A stretch of 64,000 nucleotides of DNA from Candidatus Limnocylindrus sp. (lineage in GTDB: Bacteria > Chloroflexota > Limnocylindria > Limnocylindrales > Limnocylindraceae). The first letter of the stretch is position 1; every line of letters begins with the position of its first letter. The position numbers were made by a program, and so were the translations under genes. The stretch is from the NCBI GenBank assembly GCA_040397235.1, contig JBBAWH010000003.1, positions 4,038 through 68,037 of the forward strand. Reading direction: 5' to 3'. Under the pieces are notes generated by a model, which was not told the DNA's origin, searched no databases, and saw only the letters and a program-made list of their open reading frames with translations. Shown piece after piece: positions 53,882 through 64,000 of this stretch.

Positions 53882-54796
53882 CTATCGCAGGCGACGGCGG
53901 AACGGGGAGGTCGTTTGGCGCCCTGCCCAGATGCCCAAGAGGATGAGTGCGCCGCCGAACGCCTGAATTGGCGCAGGGGCCTCACTGAGCACAGCGGCAG
54001 AGACGACGACGGCGAGGAATGGCACCAGTAGCTGGAAGCTGGCGACGCGGGAGACACCAACGATCGGCACTGCGGTGAAGTACAAGACGTTGGCGAGGCT
54101 GCTCGATCCGAGCGTGGAGAAGACCAGGCCGAAGATGGCGGCTGGAGGTGGCGCGGCAAGCCCGTCGAATTGCCCAGCGGCAATCGCGGAGATGAAGAGC
54201 GCACCGCCACCGAAGATCATGCTCCAGGCGGTCCAGGCAATTGCCCCAACGCGCGGAATAACGCGTGCGCCTGCAATCAGATACGCCGCCCAGCAGACCG
54301 CGGCGGCGAGTGTCATCAACACACCGGTAGTCTCGCCACCGAATGCACCTGCCCCTTCACCAAGGGCAACGGCCACAACGCCGGCGAAGGCAATGATGCC
54401 GCCCACGGCAACCGCAGGCTTCAGTGGATCGATGCGCAGCAGTGAGGCGAGGATCGCCGTGAGAAACGGCGTCACCGCGATGAGGAGCGCGCTGGTACCC
54501 GCATCAATGGTGCCGAACGCACCGGCCCAGAGGAGTTGATACAGGCCCTGCCCGATCACACCAAAGAGTGCAGCGGCAAGCAGGTCGCGACGTGCCATGC
54601 GGAAGTTTGCACCGCGCATGACTGCCCAACCGAGCACCAAGATGCCAGCCGCAGTGATGCGAATGGCAGAGAACGGGAGCACAGGCCAAACCAGTACCGC
54701 CGATTTAACAACGGTGAAGTTAACGGCCCAGGTCGCCATGGCAACGAGCACGCCGAGCTCGGCGACGGCGCGAACGCTCAGTGGGGCGCGGCTCAC
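53882..54796 (-). CDS. DMT/EamA-family transporter
   Basis: 304 aa, about 10 TM helices, duplicated EamA architecture. 4-nt overlap with the upstream permease gene. Confidence 0.6.
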   Translation of the reverse strand: MSRAPLSVRAVAELGVLVAMATWAVNFTVVKSAVLVWPVLPFSAIRITAAGILVLGWAVMRGANFRMARRDLLAAALFGVIGQGLYQLLWAGAFGTIDAGTSALLIAVTPFLTAILASLLRIDPLKPAVAVGGIIAFAGVVAVALGEGAGAFGGETTGVLMTLAAAVCWAAYLIAGARVIPRVGAIAWTAWSMIFGGGALFISAIAAGQFDGLAAPPPAAIFGLVFSTLGSSSLANVLYFTAVPIVGVSRVASFQLLVPFLAVVVSAAVLSEAPAPIQAFGGALILLGIWAGRQTTSPFRRRLR

Positions 54797-55716
54797 GAAG
54801 CGGTATTCCGGTCGAGATACCCCTTCTCACGGGCACGATCGATCCCTGCCACAAAGAGGCGTGGTGAGATAAGCCAGATCACCGCAGTACCCACGGCAAG
54901 GATGAGCAGGAGCTCGTTGGTGGGCATGGTGCCGAGGATACCTGGTGATGTCGTGCCGAGGAGCGCGCGGCGCAACCCCTCAATCCACCAGGTGATTGGC
55001 AGCGCCGCTGCAATGTTCTGCACGGGCCCTGGGAGCACCTCGAGCGGGAAGATCGCACCGCAGAGCAAGAAGACGGTTGATGAGACAGCCTGCGGATAGG
55101 ACCACGCATCATTGCGCAGCTGCACGCAAACGCCACCGAGCACGATGCCGAGCCCAACAACAGAGAGGAGCCCGAGTGGCAGGACCACTGCAACGAGCAG
55201 CAGGTCTGGCCCGCCCGCGCGCATCGGTACACCGAGCAGCATCCCTGCGCCGATCACGATGAGGGCACTAAACCCGGCGATGCTCGCCTTCACCAGCGAG
55301 CGACCAATCGAAACAGGAAGAAGTGACGACGGCGTTGCGAAGATGTAGCGAATGGTGCGGTAGCGCTCGCGGTCGTCGAGTAGCGCATGTGTTGGGCCCT
55401 CAAGTGCTGCGCTAACGATCTGGAAGACGGCCTGACCGATCACCACAAATCCAATCGTCGCAACGTTCAGCGATCCACCAATGCTCAGGACGGCGAGAAA
55501 GAGTCCGAGAAATGCGAGCGGCCGAACGATGAGGAACGCAACGAGGTAGATCGGCTCCGCCCAGTTCCCCTCAATCGCCCACGCAAGTCGCGCTGAGGCA
55601 ACAAGGGAGCGAGCGGCATCTGCAGCGCCGCCGCGCAGTGGGCCGAACGGTCGCACCTCTGGTGGCGACCCTGCGCTAATCGGCACGCGCCAACAACTTT
55701 CCACCGGCACGACCAA
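54793..55716 (-). CDS. ABC-2 family exporter permease (second of two)
   Basis: 6 TM helices. The ORF start overlaps the preceding permease by 41 nt, and the true start is possibly internal. Confidence 0.6.
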   Translation of the reverse strand: MVVPVESCWRVPISAGSPPEVRPFGPLRGGAADAARSLVASARLAWAIEGNWAEPIYLVAFLIVRPLAFLGLFLAVLSIGGSLNVATIGFVVIGQAVFQIVSAALEGPTHALLDDRERYRTIRYIFATPSSLLPVSIGRSLVKASIAGFSALIVIGAGMLLGVPMRAGGPDLLLVAVVLPLGLLSVVGLGIVLGGVCVQLRNDAWSYPQAVSSTVFLLCGAIFPLEVLPGPVQNIAAALPITWWIEGLRRALLGTTSPGILGTMPTNELLLILAVGTAVIWLISPRLFVAGIDRAREKGYLDRNTAS

Positions 55717-56566
55717 CGCGCTCGATGTGGGCGAGCAGCACTCGCCCGATCACACCAAAGACGATCGTCATCACCAGCAGAATCAGGAGCTCAACGCCGA
55801 CAGGCAAGATTCCTGTCGCAGCGAGTTGGGGCACCGCGACCTGGCGTAGGGCGTCAATCGCAGGGGCGAGCGGCAAGATGCCGAGTGCGACCACCCCTGC
55901 AGTGCCCATCGAACGCACCGGCGCGTAGACGCCACCCAGCAGTTGCATCGGCTCGTTCAGGAGGCTGCCGAGGTGATCTGCCTCACGCCCTGAGATCAAA
56001 AAGATCGAGGAGAGACAGACGCCGAGCGAATACATCGCCGCCACCCCCGCGAGAATCACCAGCGCAAGCAGGAGCGGATCGGCAACCTGGTACTTCGCTC
56101 CGAAGAGGAGCACGCCCGCCGCCGTGATGATCACCGCTCGAATCACCACACCAAGGGCACCGCCGATCGCCATGCCGAGCGCAATGGCGCCGAGGCCGAC
56201 GGGGGCGGTGATATAGAGAAGGAGGTTCCCGGAGTCGCGCTCCCAGTGGAACTGCGCCCCCATCATCCAGACCACGGAGATCCAGAAGGAGAGGAGTGCT
56301 GTCGCCAAGATCGTGGAGCCGATCCAGGCCTCATCGACACCGCGCGAGCGGAGCAGGAAGACAATGGAACACATGCCGAGAATCGGGAAGACAAGATCAA
56401 AGAAGAGCCACGATGGCTCGCGTGCTGCACCGATAACCCGCGGATAGGCGCGTGCCAGCACTGAGGCGAAGGCGTGGCGCGTTCGGCGACCCAAGCTCCA
56501 GGTGGCCTCTTGGTGAATGCGCGAGATGAGTGCGGTGGCCTCGGCGCCGACGACGCTGTTACCCAT
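55676..56566 (-). CDS. ABC-2 family exporter permease (first of two)
   Basis: 6 TM helices. 8-nt overlap with the ATPase gene. Confidence 0.65.
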   Translation of the reverse strand: MGNSVVGAEATALISRIHQEATWSLGRRTRHAFASVLARAYPRVIGAAREPSWLFFDLVFPILGMCSIVFLLRSRGVDEAWIGSTILATALLSFWISVVWMMGAQFHWERDSGNLLLYITAPVGLGAIALGMAIGGALGVVIRAVIITAAGVLLFGAKYQVADPLLLALVILAGVAAMYSLGVCLSSIFLISGREADHLGSLLNEPMQLLGGVYAPVRSMGTAGVVALGILPLAPAIDALRQVAVPQLAATGILPVGVELLILLVMTIVFGVIGRVLLAHIERVGRAGGKLLARAD

Positions 56567-57593
56567 TACTCACCTCGTCTGATTCGCTAATGCCGCGACC
56601 GACAAGCTGCACAAAGACCTCTTCAAGTGTCGGCTCGCTCTTCGAGATCTCTCGTAGGTGCGCACCACCTGCAGCGAGTGCACTGATCACACCGCCGAGC
56701 GCAGCATCTTCCTTCAGGCCGATCGCGAGTCGCAGCATGGGCGAACCGACGCCAGAGGCGTCGGTGCCATCGGCGTCTCGCGCCGCGACCGAGATCACGC
56801 CGGGGAGTGCGCGCAGCGAATCCAATGACATTGATGCAGGCAGCGCATCAATGCCAACGATGAAGAGTGCATCCTTCTGCACCATGCGCTTCAACTCCGT
56901 TGGCGTCCCCTGCGCCAAGATGCGCCCATGGTCGACAATGGCGATGCGATCGCACATCTCATCCGCTTCCGCCATGTAGTGCGTTGTGAGGAGTACGGTT
57001 CGGCCAGGCTGCTCCGCTTGGAAGGCGCGCACGCGATCGCGCACATCGCGCGCGGCCGAAACGTCGAGACCGATCGTCGGCTCATCAAGAAAGAGAATCC
57101 ATGGGTCGTTAAGGAACGATCGCGCAAAGTTCAACTTTTGGCGCTGCCCAGTTGAGAGGGCGCTGATCTTGCGATCACGAATGTCATCAATGCCGAACGA
57201 GGCGAGCTGCGCATCGACCTTCGCCATCCCCTCGCGGTACGGCAGGCCGTAGAACTGGGCGAACATCGCCAGCTGCTCACGAACCGTCAGCAGCCCGTAC
57301 CCAGAGAAGTCACCGCCGGCGACCAGGTTCATGATCCGGCGCACGCGTGCCGTCTCGGTGACGACATCAAGGCCGAAGATGGATGCGGATCCAGTGCTCG
57401 GAAGGAGAAGGGTGCTCAGGATTTTGATCAGCGTGCTCTTCCCCGCGCCGTTTGGGCCAAGCACCCCGAAGAGCTCACCAGGCTCAATGCGCAGGTCGAT
57501 GCCGTCCAGTGCGGTGACCGGGCCGCCCTTCGCCTGAAAGACGCGGCCGATTCCCGTTGCGTTAACGGCGGCAGGCGAGGTTGATCCCGACAT
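56559..57593 (-). CDS. ABC transporter ATP-binding protein with C-terminal extension
   Basis: Walker [10 protein letters not shown], signature [11 protein letters not shown], Walker B LFLDEP. Confidence 0.85.
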   Translation of the reverse strand: MSGSTSPAAVNATGIGRVFQAKGGPVTALDGIDLRIEPGELFGVLGPNGAGKSTLIKILSTLLLPSTGSASIFGLDVVTETARVRRIMNLVAGGDFSGYGLLTVREQLAMFAQFYGLPYREGMAKVDAQLASFGIDDIRDRKISALSTGQRQKLNFARSFLNDPWILFLDEPTIGLDVSAARDVRDRVRAFQAEQPGRTVLLTTHYMAEADEMCDRIAIVDHGRILAQGTPTELKRMVQKDALFIVGIDALPASMSLDSLRALPGVISVAARDADGTDASGVGSPMLRLAIGLKEDAALGGVISALAAGGAHLREISKSEPTLEEVFVQLVGRGISESDEVSNG

Positions 57594-57716
57594 ATCTCCT
57601 CCTTCAGAAGGGTGGCGCCATGGCGGTACGGCGCACGAGCAGTGAGTCTACAATCTCCCTGCAGCACCGAGGCGCATGTGGCAACTCCGCGCCGACGGTT
57701 CACCTGCCTGTTATGG

Positions 57717-59777
57717 ATGGAGAAACCCATGGATCCGCGCCTCGACCAGTCGGCCGTCACCACGATTCGCACCCTCGCGATCGATACGGTGCAGGCGGCC
57801 AACAGTGGACACCCAGGCGCGCCGATGGGCTGCGCACCAATGGCACACACCATCTGGTCACGACACCTTCGCCATGCACCAGCAACGCCGAGCTGGTTCA
57901 ATCGCGACCGCTTCCTCCTCTCCAACGGACATGCGAGCGCACTCCTCTACTCGCTCATCCATCTCGCCGGCTACGGGCTGACCCTTGACGACCTCAAGGC
58001 GTTCCGCCAGTGGGGCTCGCTCACGCCAGGGCACCCAGAGTTCGGCCTGACCGCCGGCGTTGAGGCCACCACTGGCCCACTCGGCCAGGGATTCGCCAAC
58101 GGCGTTGGTATGGCGATCGCAGAGCGCCGCCTCGCCGAGGAGTTCAACCGCCCAGGGCACACGGTCATTGACCACCGTGTCTTCGCCATCGTCTCCGACG
58201 GCGACCTGCAGGAGGGGATCGCCTCTGAGGCCGCGTCGCTCGCAGGGCACCTGAAGCTCAGCAAGTTGATCTATCTCTGGGATGACAACCTGATCCAGCT
58301 CGACGGGCCAACATCCACCGCCTGGTCAGAGGATGTGCTGAAGCGCTTTGATGCCTACGGCTGGCACACCGCCCGCGTCGAAGATGGCAACGACATCGAG
58401 GCGATCGATCGCGCCATTGATTGGGCGATCGCCGACGAGCGACCGAGCCTGATCGCGGTGCGCACCGTCATCGGCTTCGGTTCACCAAATAAGGCGGGGA
58501 GTCAGAAGTCGCACGGCGCGCCACTCGGCCCTGATGAGGTGAAGCTCACCAAGGCCGCCTACGGCGTTGACCCCGACGCAACGTTTGTCGTACCAGCCGA
58601 TGTCGCCGCCCTCTATAAGGAGCGCAGCGATCACGGCGCCACGCTCGTCGCGGCACATGCGAAGCAGCTGCTCGCTTACGCCACCACCTTCCCTACTGAG
58701 GCCGCTGAACTGCAGCGCCGCATGGCGGGAACTCTTCCCGCTGGTTGGGAGAGCGCGCTACCGAAGTACGAACTCGGCGGCGATGCCCCAACGCGCAACG
58801 TCAGCCAGTCGAGTATTACGGCGCTCGGCGCTGTGCTTCCAGAGTTGATTGGGGGCAGCGCCGACCTCTCGGAGTCGAACCTCACCGACATTCATGGTGG
58901 TGGCAAGTTCACCGCCACCGATTCGGGCCGCAACATTAGCTATGGCGTGCGCGAGCATGCGATGGCAGCAATTGCGAACGGCATCTCGTATCACGGTGGC
59001 TTGATTCCATTCGTGGCAACGTTCCTGACGTTTAGCGATTATCTGCGTGGTGCACTGCGCCTCGCAGCACTCGCAAATATCGGCAGCATCTTCGTCTTCA
59101 CGCACGACTCCATCGGGCTCGGCGAAGATGGCCCAACGCATCAGCCGGTCGAGCACTACGCCGCACTCCGCGCGATTCCGAACGTGCGCTTCTTCCGACC
59201 TGGTGATCCGAATGAGGCCGCAGCGGCGTGGGGGGTTGCCATTGAGCGACGACACGCGCCAACGGTGCTCGCCTTCACACGACAGAAGCTGCCCGTACTC
59301 GCCGGCTCCATTACTGGAGCTGCTGCAGGCGTACGACGTGGCGCGTATGTGCTTCGCGAGGCAACAGGTGCCGTCAAGATGATCTTGATTTCGACGGGCT
59401 CGGAGTTGCACCTCGCCGTTGCGGCGGCGGAGCAGCTGGAGGCTGCCGGCACACCGACGCGCGTCGTCTCGATGCCATGCCCCGAACTCTTCGGCGAGCA
59501 GGACGCGGCGTACCGCGAGTCGGTGCTTCCCGCTGCATTCCGTGCGCGCGTCGCCATTGAGGCGGGTGTGAGCCTGGGCTGGGATCGTTGGTCGGGGACC
59601 GACGGCGCCATCATTGCGATGGACCGCTTCGGCGCATCGGCCCCAGCGCCAACCCTCTTCAAGGAGTTCGGCTTTACCCCTGAGCGCATCGTCGAGATCG
59701 CCAAGGGCGTGCTCGCGGGCAGCGTGCACGGCGTCGTTCCGACGCCACACCTGCACGACGGGCATCAGGTTCGCTGA
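57717..59777 (+). CDS. tkt: Transketolase
   Basis: TPP-binding GHPGAPMG...GDGDLQEG, over the full 687 aa. The start is MEKPMD (57717) or MDPRL (57729). Confidence 0.95.
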   Translation: MEKPMDPRLDQSAVTTIRTLAIDTVQAANSGHPGAPMGCAPMAHTIWSRHLRHAPATPSWFNRDRFLLSNGHASALLYSLIHLAGYGLTLDDLKAFRQWGSLTPGHPEFGLTAGVEATTGPLGQGFANGVGMAIAERRLAEEFNRPGHTVIDHRVFAIVSDGDLQEGIASEAASLAGHLKLSKLIYLWDDNLIQLDGPTSTAWSEDVLKRFDAYGWHTARVEDGNDIEAIDRAIDWAIADERPSLIAVRTVIGFGSPNKAGSQKSHGAPLGPDEVKLTKAAYGVDPDATFVVPADVAALYKERSDHGATLVAAHAKQLLAYATTFPTEAAELQRRMAGTLPAGWESALPKYELGGDAPTRNVSQSSITALGAVLPELIGGSADLSESNLTDIHGGGKFTATDSGRNISYGVREHAMAAIANGISYHGGLIPFVATFLTFSDYLRGALRLAALANIGSIFVFTHDSIGLGEDGPTHQPVEHYAALRAIPNVRFFRPGDPNEAAAAWGVAIERRHAPTVLAFTRQKLPVLAGSITGAAAGVRRGAYVLREATGAVKMILISTGSELHLAVAAAEQLEAAGTPTRVVSMPCPELFGEQDAAYRESVLPAAFRARVAIEAGVSLGWDRWSGTDGAIIAMDRFGASAPAPTLFKEFGFTPERIVEIAKGVLAGSVHGVVPTPHLHDGHQVR

Positions 59778-59778
59778 G

Positions 59779-60243
59779 GTGGCACGCCGCCTTGCCGTTG
59801 CCGCCGACCATGCGGGTGCTGCGCTAAAGGCGGCGCTCGTTGCCCGGATTGCTGAGATCGCCCCTGACTGGAGCGTCGCCGACCTTGGTGGCGATGGGAG
59901 TGACCCAACCGACGATTACCCCGACTCCTCACGTGCCGTGGCCGAGCGCATGATCGCCGGCCAGGCCGATCGCGGCCTGCTGATCTGTGGCTCGGGGATC
60001 GGCGTGACGATCGCCGCGAACAAGTTCCACGGCATTCGCGCCTCCATCGCGCACGATCCAGCTTCGGCCCGACAGGGGGTGGTGCACGACGACATGAATG
60101 TGCTCGCCTTCGGCGCGAACATCATCTCTCTTGATACGGCGCTTGAGACGCTCGCCGCCTTCTTGCAGGCCGAGCCGAGCAGCGAGGAGCGATACCTCCG
60201 CCGCACAGCGAAGGTTGCCGACATCGAAGAGGAGCAGTCGTGA
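59779..60243 (+). CDS. rpiB: Ribose-5-phosphate isomerase B
   Basis: AADHAG...LICGSGIG...HDD. It must start at GTG 59779, because tkt stops at 59777. The track ORF from 59614 is in a frame overlapping tkt. Confidence 0.8.
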   Translation: MARRLAVAADHAGAALKAALVARIAEIAPDWSVADLGGDGSDPTDDYPDSSRAVAERMIAGQADRGLLICGSGIGVTIAANKFHGIRASIAHDPASARQGVVHDDMNVLAFGANIISLDTALETLAAFLQAEPSSEERYLRRTAKVADIEEEQS

Positions 60244-62018
60244 CCGCTGAGCCACGACTCCCCTTCCGCGCTCGCATCGGACGAGCCTCAGACCTGGCAG
60301 CCATTGAGAGCACCTTTGAACGCGCCCGCACCGGTGAGTGGGCGGTACGACTCGCCGCTCGCGATGCAACGCTCTGGAGCAACGACGTTGAGGTGCAGGA
60401 GAAGATTGCGAATCGTCTCGGTTGGCTCGATGCACCAGAGCACTTCACTACCGAGATTCCGTCGCTCGAAGCGTTCGGCGACGCACCAGTCGCCGGCGCA
60501 ACCACGCGCGTGAAAGACTTCGTTGTTGCCGGTATGGGCGGCTCCTCGCTCGCCCCAGAAGTACTTGCACGCGCATTCGCCGACATCACCGACTGGGGCA
60601 AAGCGCGCATCTGCGACTCAACCGACCCTGAGGCGGTACGTAGTGCCGTTGCCGGTCTCAGCCCAGAGAGCAGCTACTACCTGCTTGCGAGCAAGTCAGG
60701 CACCACCACCGAGACACTCTCCTTCGCGGCGTACGCGTACGAGCTCAACCTGCAGCAACTGGCCGCGAAGGGTCTGACACAGGACCCAACCGCAAACTTC
60801 GCCGCGATTAGTGATCCGTCGCCGTGCGTTGATGGGGTCACGAAGGTAATCAATACAAGTCGCCTCTTCTTGAATCCTGCTGATATCGGTGGGCGATACT
60901 CTGCGCTCAGCTTCGTTGGCCTCGTGCCCGCGGCGCTGCTCGGCATTGATCTTGATCCGCTCCTCGCTTCAGGGAGTGCTGCCGTTGCGCAGAGCCGCGA
61001 TCCAGAACCGGCGGGGAACCATGCCCTTGCACTCGGTTGCATCATGGGCGCACTGGCACGCGAGGGTCGCGACAAGGCGACGCTCATCGTTGACGAACCG
61101 ATTGATGGCTTCGGCGCATGGGCTGAGCAACTCGTTGCCGAGAGCACGGGGAAGCATGGTGTTGGCGTTGTTCCCGTTGATGGCGAGCCGCTCGGCGCCG
61201 TGAGCGTGTACGGCGAGGACCGACTCTTTGTGCGCATCAAGTTGGATGGCGGCACGGCGCCACGCTGCGCCGATGGCTCCGCTGTTGAGGCACGTCTTGA
61301 CGCACTCGCCGCCGCAGGGCATCCAGTGCTGGAGTGGACGCTCAACGATCGCATCGACATTGGTGGGGAGTTCGTGCGCTGGGAGGTCGCGACCGCATTC
61401 GCTGGTGCTGTTCTCAACATCAATCCGTTTGATGAGCCGAACGTCACCGAGTCGAAGACGAATACGGCCAACGTTCTTGCCGAACTCGCGGCGAGCGGTG
61501 CGCTTCCAGAACTGCCTGTGAAGTGCTCGGTCGACGGCCTGCAGCTGTGGGTCGACGATGCGCTCCCAGCCGCATTCGCCGACGATGCAGAGCGGCTGAT
61601 TGCCGGTCAGTTCGATCGACTCGGCGCGCGCGGCTACATCGGCATCCAGGCGTATATCGCCAGCACCCCAGAGCGCACCGCAGCGCTCACCAAGCTGCGC
61701 CTCGCCCTGCGCGACGCAACGGGGCGAGCCACCACCGTTGGGATTGGGCCACGCTTCCTGCACTCCACAGGGCAGCTCCATAAGGGTGGGGCGCCGATCG
61801 GCTGGTTCCTGCAGATCGTCGCTGGCCACCCACGGGATCTCGCGATCCCAGGGCGGCCATACAGCTTCGGCCAGCTGATTGACGCTCAGGCGCTCGGCGA
61901 CGTTCGCTCACTCGCCGACCACGGGCTCCCCGTGCTGCGGGTGCACCTGGGCGACGATCCAGACGCTGGGCTCACGCGCCTTACGGCGCTCATCGAACGG
62001 GTGCTCGCAGTTCGCTAG
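60240..62018 (+). CDS. pgi: Glucose-6-phosphate isomerase
   Basis: PGI signatures GMGGSSLAP, SKSGTTTETL and IGGRYSALSFVG. 4-nt overlap with rpiB. Confidence 0.8.
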   Translation: MTAEPRLPFRARIGRASDLAAIESTFERARTGEWAVRLAARDATLWSNDVEVQEKIANRLGWLDAPEHFTTEIPSLEAFGDAPVAGATTRVKDFVVAGMGGSSLAPEVLARAFADITDWGKARICDSTDPEAVRSAVAGLSPESSYYLLASKSGTTTETLSFAAYAYELNLQQLAAKGLTQDPTANFAAISDPSPCVDGVTKVINTSRLFLNPADIGGRYSALSFVGLVPAALLGIDLDPLLASGSAAVAQSRDPEPAGNHALALGCIMGALAREGRDKATLIVDEPIDGFGAWAEQLVAESTGKHGVGVVPVDGEPLGAVSVYGEDRLFVRIKLDGGTAPRCADGSAVEARLDALAAAGHPVLEWTLNDRIDIGGEFVRWEVATAFAGAVLNINPFDEPNVTESKTNTANVLAELAASGALPELPVKCSVDGLQLWVDDALPAAFADDAERLIAGQFDRLGARGYIGIQAYIASTPERTAALTKLRLALRDATGRATTVGIGPRFLHSTGQLHKGGAPIGWFLQIVAGHPRDLAIPGRPYSFGQLIDAQALGDVRSLADHGLPVLRVHLGDDPDAGLTRLTALIERVLAVR

Positions 62019-62057
62019 CATCGGTATGCAAGAACACCAATAGTGAAGGGGGAGATC

Positions 62058-62953
<896 letters not shown>

Positions 62954-62957
<4 letters not shown>

Positions 62958-64000
62958 GTCCACAATCGCCCGCTGAGGGGCACGCAACGATTCGTGATTT
63001 GCGGCTCGGCCGCAAGACACGAAAGCCTGCGGCGAAGAGGGGGGCGAAGAATCCGCTTCGCTCCGGACTGCGCATTGAGCGCGTTCCTGATCCGAATGTG
63101 GTGGTCCTCTTCGGTGCAACGGGTGACCTCGCGCACCGCAAGGTCGTGCCCGCACTCTTTCACCTCTGGGTTGGCAACCTGCTGCCAGAGCGATTCGCAC
63201 TCGTCTGTTTCGGTCGAAGACCGTTCAGCGATCAAGAGATCCGTACGGCGTTGCGCACCTCTCTTGATAAGCATGCGCGCATCACCCCTGTAGATGACGA
63301 GCGGTGGGCGGCGTTCGCTTCGCGTATCACCTATCACCAGGGCGGATTCGATGAACCAGATGCATACGCATCGCTGTCAACGAAACTTGCCGCCATCGAC
63401 ACGGAGTCCGGCACAGATGGGAATCGCCTCTACTACCTCGCCACTCCGGCCTCATCGTTCCCAGAGATCGTGCGAGGGCTTGGTGCTGCAGGGCTCGATC
63501 ACGAGAAGGCCGATAGTGGCTGGCGTCGCATCGTTATTGAGAAGCCGTTCGGCCGTGACCTCGAGACGGCGGTAAAGCTCAACCGCGAGGTTGGCAAGGT
63601 GTTCCGCGAGTCGCAGGTCTATCGCATCGACCACTACCTCGGCAAGGAGACTGTGCGCAACATCTTGATCTTCCGCTTCGGCAACCTGATCTTTGAGCCG
63701 ATCTGGCACCGCCGCTATATCGACCATGTGCAGATCACCGTGGCAGAGTCGATCGGCGTTGAGGGGCGCGGCGCCTTCTACGAAGAGACGGGCGCGCTGC
63801 GCGACATCTTGCAGAACCACCTCCTGCAGCTGCTCACCCTTGTGGCAATGGAGCCACCGGCAAACCTCGAGGCCGATGCGCTTCGCGACGAGAAGGTGAA
63901 GGTGCTCCGCGCCATTCGGCCGATCCCTGTTGAGAAGGTTGATCAGTCGGTGGTTCGCGGCCAGTACGGCCCAGGCTGGGTTGGCGCCACCGAAACGCCT
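62954..64000 (+). CDS. zwf: Glucose-6-phosphate dehydrogenase, N-terminal part (continues past window)
   Basis: VVLFGATGDLAHRKVVPAL...EKPFGRDL...RIDHYLGKE. GTG start at 62954 overlaps the gnd stop as GTGA. This frame is not in the track because no stop occurs before the window end. Confidence 0.85.

Noticed and set aside
59614-59778. Track ORF 59614..60243 as the rpiB start.
   Set aside because: Its first 55 codons are in a frame overlapping the tkt C-terminus. tkt ends at 59777, and the RpiB-homologous sequence begins at GTG 59779.

Overview
This is a high-GC (about 65-70%) bacterial chromosomal segment with an Actinobacteria- or Chloroflexi-like gene set (UPF0182, LCP, MreBC, Obg, Rho with an Arg/Gly-rich N-terminus). 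Most of the window is densely packed housekeeping genes, read from protein motifs in the six-frame track. Calls include glnA, rph-rdgB-mazG, a SurA/PpiD-like PPIase, a Wzm/Wzt-like ABC-2 exporter, radC-mreB-mreC, guaB3-like/guaA, tmk, an R3H/AAA ATPase, pdxS/pdxT, an HNH endonuclease, cca, galE, rsfS-nadD-obg, an M23/LysM peptidase, rho, fsa/tal, pyrG, a second ABC-2 exporter, and a pentose-phosphate block tkt-rpiB-pgi-gnd-zwf. Three tRNA genes lie on the minus strand: Arg-TCG, Pro-CGG and Pro-TGG. No CRISPR array, transposase, integrase or recognisable defence system was seen. Several observations stand out. (a) A low-GC (about 50%) operon of three signal-peptide proteins sits directly 3' of tRNA-Pro(TGG), consistent with a horizontally acquired islet. 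(b) A resB-like gene, a PucR regulator and a giant FG-GAP/LysM secreted protein (with a possible SpoIID-like N-terminal domain, which is weak) lie in tandem upstream of glnA, with palindromic operator-like sites in the promoters. (c) A DoxX-Rieske fusion gene is sandwiched between two tRNAs. (d) Exact 36-bp tandem repeats encode poly-acidic tracts in a sensor-kinase periplasmic domain and in a membrane protein. (e) The M23 peptidase has an unusually long Arg-rich N-terminal ORF extension that may be a 5' leader. Many long antisense ORFs in the track are GC artefacts.
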